DNA from: Octopus sinensis
Lineage: Eukaryota
Direction: 5' to 3'
Length of the DNA: 43,600 bases
Assembly: GCF_006345805.1 (NCBI RefSeq)
Contig: NW_021834989.1
Span: forward strand, 1 to 43,600
Shown here: positions 35,760 to 43,600 of the stretch, piece after piece
Layout: every line of letters begins with the position of its first letter
How positions within the stretch are numbered: position 1 is the stretch's first letter
Notes under the pieces: model-generated
The model's database searches: none
What the model was told of the DNA's origin: nothing
The model's input: only the letters and a program-made list of their open reading frames with translations
Program-made: the position numbers and the translations under genes

Positions 35760-35945
35760 TCGTTAGCAACCCGAGTAAATGCTTTACGGAATTTCGTCCG
35801 TTTGTAGTTTTGGGTTCAAATTCCGCTGTGATCGACTTTGCCTTTTATCCTTTCCAGGTCGACAAAATAAGTGCCACTTGAACAGTGGGGTCGATGTCAT
35901 CAACTCACAATTGGTGGTAGTGTACCAAAATTTGAAATCATATAA
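35760..35945 (+). mobile_element. SINE family A, diverged
   Basis: CGTTAGCA...GGTTCAAATTCCGC...TCGACTTTGCCTTTTATCCTTTCC...GGGGTCGATG...CCAAAATTTGAAA. Confidence 0.8.
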
Positions 35946-36060
35946 AAACTACGTCTGTGTATATCCGTTAAGATCCGTTAAGGTAGGATCAAGCATTTAT
36001 GAGATATATATACATACACATACGGACACACACGCACACGTACATATGTATGCATGTATG

Positions 36061-36172
<112 letters not shown>

Positions 36173-36717
36173 AAATAGGAGAATGCAGCAACCCTGTAGG
36201 CCAGAGAGATTGTAATATGTCAATTATTTTACGTCTATCAGCTGAGTGCCTTTCTCTGGATGTGATCCAGTATATCTGTGCATGTGCTGCATCAGCACCG
36301 ACCCAAATGTGAAAGTAAAACTCCATTGTAGGTTTCCAGTATTGTAAGATGTCAGTAAATGTTAGGTTCTGGGTTTTCTTCTTACTTGAAATGAAGCACC
36401 AGCAGAGATCCTTAGTTAAATTGAGGCCTTATATTTGCTGCCATAGTAAGATGCTCATGTTTAACATATGTGTCTGTGCTGTGATAATATGAAGGCTAAA
36501 ATTGGTGCTTGTATATTCTGCTACTGTTGGAAGAGTCAAAACTAGCTTATACTACGTGATAAACTCGTCACTTCTAAAGCACAACTTACAGAACATATAC
36601 TGTTTGGATGGCGTTTATTGTAATGACAGGCATCGATGATTTTTGCAGAGTTGCACCTTATATAGCTTAACAATAAATACTTTTTGTTCTAATTACGACT
36701 TCTGGTGTATACTACAA

Positions 36718-36747
36718 ATGATTATGATGATGATGATGATGATGATG

Positions 36748-36823
<76 letters not shown>

Positions 36824-36860
36824 TATAATAATAATAATATTAATAGTAAGAATAATAATT
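36718..36860. repeat. (GAT)n / (AAT)n microsatellite
   Basis: Direct reading. Confidence 0.95.
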
Positions 36861-37532
36861 ACTCATTTCACATTTCTATTAATAACTTTTGAACCATTTT
36901 GAACCCCAACCGCCTTACTTCCTAAATGTCCGAATAGGATCCTCGCTTAATATTTAGTCCATAATATTATTATCATTTTTTAAATCCAGTATTTACTACC
37001 CTAAGCGTTTTAGGGTCCTTTACAACGTACACCATTTTCCCAATCATTTATTTATTTATCCTACCCCGTATAACGGTCTCAATAGCTGGTCTTTTGTTTT
37101 TAAATTTCAACTGACCAGTTACATTGAACGCTGGACTTTGCCCTATCTCACTTCAGACAACAGGTAGAAGGACTTAACCACCTACTAGTAAATAAATAAA
37201 AAATTACACTTACCCGATTAGCACTTTATTATGATTAATAATATTAATTAGTACTACAAACATAATTATTATAAATTTTTATGATTAATTTAAAACCTAT
37301 TGTATCTTCACCCCTTCTCCGACTAAACCTATTGGCGTATCCCACTATTGTTTTTTTTTTATTATTATTTATCACTCTATCCTTACCGTACAAAGGATTA
37401 ATCCACCAATTGCTTTTATTCGTTTCGTCATTTATTTAAAGCTACAAATAGATACGCAAGCAAAATGGTATGATTACAATCATATGCAACTTTTCCCTTT
37501 TTCTTCTCTATACATTTCCTCTTTACTTATTC

Positions 37533-37650
37533 TTCATTCTGATGAAGCTCCATGTTTCAGATCGGTTTTATTGCCAAATATAATAAATATTTTTAGCATA
37601 TCAATGGCAATATCATACTACATTGAAAGCAGAAACAGCTGTTAGATGGG
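37533..37650 (+). ncRNA. Type I hammerhead-like motif with ~85-nt helix II insertion
   Basis: CATT-CTGATGA(37539-37545)-AGCT...TATTGCCA/TGGCAATA...AGCA-GAAA(37632-37635)-CAGCTG-TT-AGATG; palindromic ACAGCTGT; GUU triplet; host element ends at (TA)n ~37908. Confidence 0.5.
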
Positions 37651-37927
37651 ATACAGTCTATTTGTATTGAATTAATAAATAATAATTGTTGCAAATCAAT
37701 TGTTGTTCATCAGTATTTCTCTATTTTCTGCCTTCTTTAAACTTTGATACTTGATAAACTCAGGTTTATCCTTGTCTTTACCAATAATTTATGAGCATGA
37801 TATGCTTGCATATGTATGCCCATGGTTAAACATCGGTAATATACCGGTAGTGTAATGGATGCTTCTATCCCTTAGACTGTTATTTTAACCTCTAACTCAG
37901 TTAAACTTATATATATATATACATATA

Positions 37928-38540
37928 TAGGGGCAATTCACGAAAAAAAATAAAAGACGAAGACACGTGGTGTAGAAAAGAAAGAGATGTATAGTATAAC
38001 GCTCAGGAATTGAAAAAGTCTTTTACGTTTCGAGCCTACGCTCTTCTACAAAAAGGGACGCAGAAAGAAACAAGGAGAGAAACAAGGAGAGAAAAAATGT
38101 GTGTAGTGGCTACCGACAATCATGGCGACTGCCGGACAGAGAGTAACACAAGAGAGCGAAGAAGTAGGTGAGATAACAAAGTAAAGATGATCCCCAAAAC
38201 GAAGGTACGTGTGAAAGAGGGCTAGTGGTCTTGACATGTGCGTGTGTGTATGTGTAGTTGTGAAAATGTGGGGATGGGAATTGGTCAGTGCTGGTGTGTG
38301 GGTGGTGTGTTGTGATGTGATGTGTAGTGTTGTATGGTGTAGTGTGTTGTGGTGTGATGTTGTTTGGAGGTGGGGGGAGGCCTGAATGGGGTGTGGATTA
38401 GGCTGAGAGTTGGAGTAGAGTTGGGGTATGTGGGTAGGCAGAGGGTGGGGTATGTGGGAGAGGGTGTAAGGATGGGATGGGGTGGGATGGGAAGGATAGG
38501 GAAAGTGGAGTAGGAATGTGTAGGGGTGGGGTGGGCTTAG
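37928..38540 (-). mobile_element. Penelope-like pseudo-LTR element with minimal hammerhead-like motif (38020-38055)
   Basis: Minus strand CTTT-TTGTAGA-A-GAGC-GTAG-GCTC-GAAA-CG-TA-AAAG; homologous to 9600-9783; GT-rich interior on the plus strand; 3' end at (TA)n. Confidence 0.6.
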
Positions 38541-38748
38541 TTAGAAAAACTCTAAGAAATGAGAGTAGTATCTATACTAAGTAAAATGTTTACCACCACT
38601 TAAACATGGCTGTTCTGTTGGAACTGATGTTACTGCTATTTTTAACCCCAGGAAGACGCTTCCTCCAGCTAGTTATTCGATGTAATCTGCACCCGATATA
38701 TAATGCAAGCAGAAGAGTAAACGCCTATCATCTTCTAGTCACGAGACT

Positions 38749-38793
38749 ACCTGACCGTACGGTTTCGAGTTGTATGTGGTCATCCTCGGGGGT
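38749..38793 (-). ncRNA. Type I hammerhead-like motif
   Basis: Minus strand ACCC-CCGAGGA-TGA...CTC-GAAA-CCGTACGG-TC-AGGT; perfect palindrome ACCGTACGGT plus GUC; U4>C; helix II weak. Confidence 0.5.
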
Positions 38794-39088
38794 GGACACT
38801 CGCCTGCTAGAGATAGTAGTAATTCACTCCACCTCGCAATTCATAGAAAACCAAGCGACACACAGTCACGGATCTTGCAACAAGAAAATTTACTAGTTGG
38901 AAAATGTCTATAATACATGAAGGCAGTAACTCTACTGAGAAGTAATGTTTATCGCAAAAATCCCTCGGGTGCAGATTGCATGGAATAACCAGCGGTGGGA
39001 GGCGTCCCCTTCCTAGGGGATTAAAAATAGCAGGTAATGTCGCTGGCCATAAACATTACTTCTACACACGCACACGCACACACACACA

Positions 39089-39142
<54 letters not shown>

Positions 39143-39268
39143 GCACACACACATATACAAACGGTTGTAAAAAAATTCAAGATATAAGTAGAGAAATATA
39201 AACACAACCACAAGCCTATCATGAACAGCAAGAGCGACTATATGATTAATAAACATCATTATATTCTC

Positions 39269-39305
39269 AACTGTCATAGCTGTCTGCCATCATCTTCAGG
39301 CAGTT
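39269..39305 (-). ncRNA. Hammerhead-like remnant with internal deletion
   Basis: Minus strand AACTGC-CTGAAGA-TGATGGCAG-ACAGCTAT-GACAGTT; helix I flanks present, GAAA lost. Confidence 0.25.
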
Positions 39306-39574
39306 AATTTATGTCAGCGCAAAATTAACGTGCGGCACCGATATCGTCGTCTATCAAACTAAACAAGTCGGTTATTTTATATTATATATCAGTAAGGGTT
39401 TAAGAGATGGGGTTCTTATTCATTTTATCTATGTTTATATTTGTATGTCGGTAAGTAGATATGTTTCTTGTATATATGTATGTATTTTATATGTTTAATT
39501 ATCTTTGATCTATGTAGGGATTTATAAATATATTGTAGACACGTAAATATAAGTATTTATATGTATGATATACA

Positions 39575-39795
39575 TACGAAGGGGTGCTGAAAATTTCTTG
39601 GGTTTAAAGTTATTGCGAAAGGCCTGGTTGGAGGTCCAACCTTCCAGGTCCTTCTACATGGCTTACGAAACCTGAAAAACCGCTGCAATAAGTGAGTGAA
39701 TTTGAAAGTAGAGTATGTTGAATAAAATCATAATTAACTGATCTTCCTGTATTTTCTTTTACCCAAAGACAGGAATTTTTCAGCACCACCGTTTA
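39575..39795 (-). mobile_element. Mariner-type MITE, full copy in reverse orientation
   Basis: TACGAAGGGGTGCTGAAAA ... TTTTCAGCACCACCG; interior is the reverse complement of 3620-3828. Confidence 0.85.
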
Positions 39796-40003
39796 TGTAT
39801 GTATATACTTACATACATACATATATACATACATACATACATACATACATACATACATACATACATACATACATACATAGCGACATATCACGACACCTAA
39901 GCATTTGCTCTCTTCCCTTAACAACAGTGTCTTAACTGAAGAATTTACGCTCACAGGCACAAATTAATGCACGCATACATGTATACATATATGTGAGTGC
40001 ATA

Positions 40004-40076
<73 letters not shown>

Positions 40077-40078
<2 letters not shown>

Positions 40079-40293
40079 TTCTTTACTACGCATAAGGGGC
40101 TAAACACAGAGGGGACAAACAAGGACAGAGAAACGGATTAAGTCGATTATATCGACCACAGTGCGTAACTGGTACTTATTTAATCGACCCTGAAAGGATG
40201 AAAGGCAAGGTCGACCTTGGCGGAATTTGAACTGAGAACGTAACGGCAGACGAAATACCGCTAAGCATTTCGCCCGGCGTGCTACCGTTTCTC
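40077..40293 (-). mobile_element. SINE family A, young monomeric copy
   Basis: Close reverse complement of the 184-bp unit plus most of the head. Confidence 0.92.
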
Positions 40294-41472
40294 CCTACGA
40301 AGGGCAGTCGGATGGACACTGAAAACAACACCGGGGCATCAAACAGGCTTGTAGAAACTTCAAGGGATCAAAGAGGCTTGTAGAAACTTACTGACTCACG
40401 CATTGCACAATACGTTAAGTGTTTTAATAATGTTCATGATATTACAATTGAATTTGTTTGTGAAGTTCCGGAGTTTTAATTACATAAACAATACACAGTA
40501 GCGTTTACGCAAAGCTTTGCTTTAGCTCAACTAGTTTCCAGTACAATTTCAGACCATAATCTCTTTAAAACAGAAGAATTTACATGTTTAATGCATCGAT
40601 ACAATAAATAAACTTCGCTTCATAGTTGGAAACCAATAAGAAAATACAGCGCACGCCTGTAAGATGCACACACAAATATTCATACATAAACAGATACATA
40701 TAAACTAACATTTCTAATAGCAGACTTGCCTGTAGAAATTTGATTATTCTGATAGAAATTGATGTGCTGTCTATCCCGAAGAGCCAAAATCTCGCTGAAA
40801 TGCCATGTACATTAGTCCACTTAAAATCATTTAGAACGTCTGTGATTTAGAAAGATTGTAGAGAGAAATTTGTCCTCCGAGAAAAACTCATGGCGTATGC
40901 CACATATATATTAGTATGCAAAAACATATTAAATGTATAAACTGTATAAGTTTCGTGTGCTCATATAAGAATTGACTTCAGCATGGGAGACTGTATCAGG
41001 TGTAATGTTTGCTGTTTTTTAGTCCCAAATGTCGGATACAATAACCTTATCACCGAGGAGGCAAAATCACGCCGAAACCGTGTCTAGTAGTTTGGTGATG
41101 TGCATTTAGAGTTTCGTGTGTTCTCACAACGTCTATAAGAAGAAAAAATTGTTTTGTAAGTCGAATCCCGCAGATAGACGATACGAATCCGTACAGATAG
41201 ACGATACAAAGGCAAACAGAAGAAGCAACAATTAGGACAGGCAAAATATGACGTGTCATTTGTGACCTTCTTTTCTCAGTCAAGTATATCCTTACTGTTC
41301 TGGGCAGTTACACTTGAGTTCGATCTATGCTAATCCATGAGCATTAGACCTTTTTTGTAAGAAAGCTAGCAAATGTGTACGACAACAAAGGCAAAAAACA
41401 AAACGGAGAACATGATACACACACACACACACATACACACACATATATATATATATATATACATACATATAT

Positions 41473-41704
41473 CTATTTCTTTATTACCCACAAGGGGCTA
41501 AACATAGAGGGGACAAACAAGGACAGACATAGGTATTCAGTCGATCATATCGACTCCAGTGCGTAACTGGTACTTAATTTATCGACCCCGAAAGGATGAA
41601 AGGCAAAGTCGACCTCGGCGGAATTTGAACTCACAACGTAACGGCAGACGAAATACTGCTACGCATTTCGCCCGGCGTGCTAACGTTTCTGCCAGCTCGT
41701 CGCC
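41473..41704 (-). mobile_element. SINE family A, full-length monomer
   Basis: Reverse complement from GGCGACGAGCTGGCAGAAACG to AAAGAAATAG. Confidence 0.92.
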
Positions 41705-42434
41705 TTTCTGCCAGCTCATCACGTATGTATATGTATATAAACTTACCATAAGAAAGTACCATTTATCAATTCAGTCAACAAACAACAACTGATAGATAGT
41801 AGCTGTATCAAATGAACTATGGACTTCAGAATTTGTTGAAGATAACCATGCCTTAAATGAACCCCCCCGCCCCGCAAAAAAAATGCACTAGCCTTCCATA
41901 ACATCTGTTGAATGAATTGCCAAATAAGTCCAACACCACCACATACATTCATATAACTACCATTACCATTCCTCCCTCTCTCTCTACCAACTCTCCCCCT
42001 TCCCTCTAACTATATTCAGAAATACACACATAACTCGCTTAACCTTCATACTTGTAAAATGGGGTAGAAAAAAAACTCCATGGTATACATCCATTAATGT
42101 GATATCGTCTGAAGAAATGAATCCATGAAGATGATCAGCCCAATACACGGATATTACGGGCTGCACTGTATTCATCCCAGGAATACGGATTATGATCTTA
42201 AGAGACATGTGACTTTGGGAAACGCGCGTAGCAATGCATTTAATGTTTATAAATTCCATCCCAGGATTTTTGTTATTATTACTATATTTGTCCTACATTA
42301 ATTATATCGGTACAGCTCGATGCAACCCCGAGAAACTGGTTCTCCTGTCAGCATCATTAGAAAGTAGCCGGCATAGTAGAACAGGAAATTTATTCGCATA
42401 TTTAAAAAGTTTTCCATATACAAATTAAAAAGAT

Positions 42435-42480
<46 letters not shown>

Positions 42481-42484
42481 TTCA

Positions 42485-42543
42485 CAGGTGGTGCACTAGC
42501 ATGACCTCAGCCCTGGGCTGAAGCCAGTAAAAGATAAAAGATA
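42485..42543 (+). mobile_element. Isolated SINE family B tail
   Basis: GGTGGTGCACTAGCATGACC...CTGAAGCCAGTAAAAGATAAAAGA; a similar tail lies at 33460-33506. Confidence 0.55.
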
Positions 42544-42570
42544 CATACTCACATATGTGTGTGTGTGTGT

Positions 42571-42618
<48 letters not shown>

Positions 42619-42896
42619 ATATATATATATATATATTATATATATATATATTATATGTGTGGTGTGTTATATATATATAATATATATATATAATATATAT
42701 ATATATTATATATATGTGTGTGGTGTGGTGTGTGTGTGTGTGGTGTGTGTGTGTGGTGTGTATGTACATCTACTTTGTGCATTGTTGCTTTGTTATATGT
42801 GCGTTCATCCATGTAAACTTCCAAACTATTTGTGTATGTTATTGTTCTTTAATATTTGGATTTGTACTACCCTTGTGACAGAATATTTTTGTGAAT

Positions 42897-43043
42897 AAAC
42901 AACAACAACAACAACAACAATAATAATAATAATAATAAGAAGAAGAAGAAGAAGAAGAAGAAGAAAAGGAAGAACATATCTACTTCTGCTATTGTGGTTG
43001 TTGTCGACGTCGTCGTCATCATCATCAGCATCTTCTCCCCATT

Positions 43044-43077
<34 letters not shown>

Positions 43078-43098
43078 CCATTATTATTATTATTATTA

Positions 43099-43146
<48 letters not shown>

Positions 43147-43218
43147 TATTATATTATTTTATTATTATTGTATATTATTTTATTATTATTATATTATATT
43201 ATTATTATTATTATTATG
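42897..43218. repeat. Compound trinucleotide array (AAC, AAT, AAG, CAT, TAT)
   Basis: Direct reading. Confidence 0.95.
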
Positions 43219-43600
43219 CTATCACTTTAATATCTTTCTTCTATATCAGAGATGACAATCTCATCCTTTTGATTGCATTGAATCGAAGCCATCACTCGAT
43301 GCCATTCAATCACTAGATGCTGCCATCACAACTACTTCCCTTCCACTTCTGTGATGGCAGCAGAACCGTCATCACTATGAACGTCATCACAAAACCAATG
43401 CCAAACACCAGCACCGTCACCAACTCCCAATATTATCACCGCTGCTCCAATACTAAGTCTAGCGGTAGCTGCGTACAAATCTCTCCAACTCCAACCGTTT
43501 TCATTATACGTAACCAATATCACCACGTCAACACCCAAACGCCGCCGCCACCTCCACCTCCACCACTACAACAACAACCACTACCGCCGGTGCTGTCACC

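Noticed and set aside
36236-36300. Minus-strand CTGATGC...GAAAGGCACTC
   Set aside because: Helices I and III do not form.
38270-38540. G-rich tract as telomeric repeat or G-quadruplex regulatory element
   Set aside because: No TTAGGG array; irregular GT-rich interior of the adjacent repeat element.
40338-40390. ~29-bp local tandem duplication (ATCAAA.AGGCTTGTAGAAACTT x2)
   Set aside because: Simple two-copy slippage with no further structure.

Overview
AT-rich, microsatellite-saturated eukaryotic intergenic or intronic DNA. The repeat repertoire (tRNA-derived CORE-type SINEs resembling octopus OR elements, extreme (TA)n/(CA)n/(TATC)n load) points to an octopus genome; this is an inference. 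I find no credible host protein-coding gene, and almost all listed ORFs are microsatellite or SINE artefacts. Recognisable elements: a 5'-truncated CR1-group LINE (~6020-8019), an RTE LINE 3' end, an internally deleted mariner, a decayed Tc1/mariner-superfamily transposase, three copies of a mariner-type MITE, non-autonomous Helitron pieces, a 1046-bp solo LTR nested in a SINE, hAT-like ends, and over 25 SINE copies or fragments of about four families. The most notable unexplained pattern is about a dozen full or partial type I hammerhead-ribozyme-like motifs (CUGANGA...GAAA-palindrome-NUH). They lie in short non-coding elements whose 3' ends usually abut (TA)n tracts, resembling Penelope-like pseudo-LTRs or non-LTR retrozymes, and show variant cores, long AT-rich helix II insertions, and tandem or tail-to-tail arrangements. 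All calls come from reading the sequence by eye; boundaries are approximate and no ribozyme activity is demonstrated.
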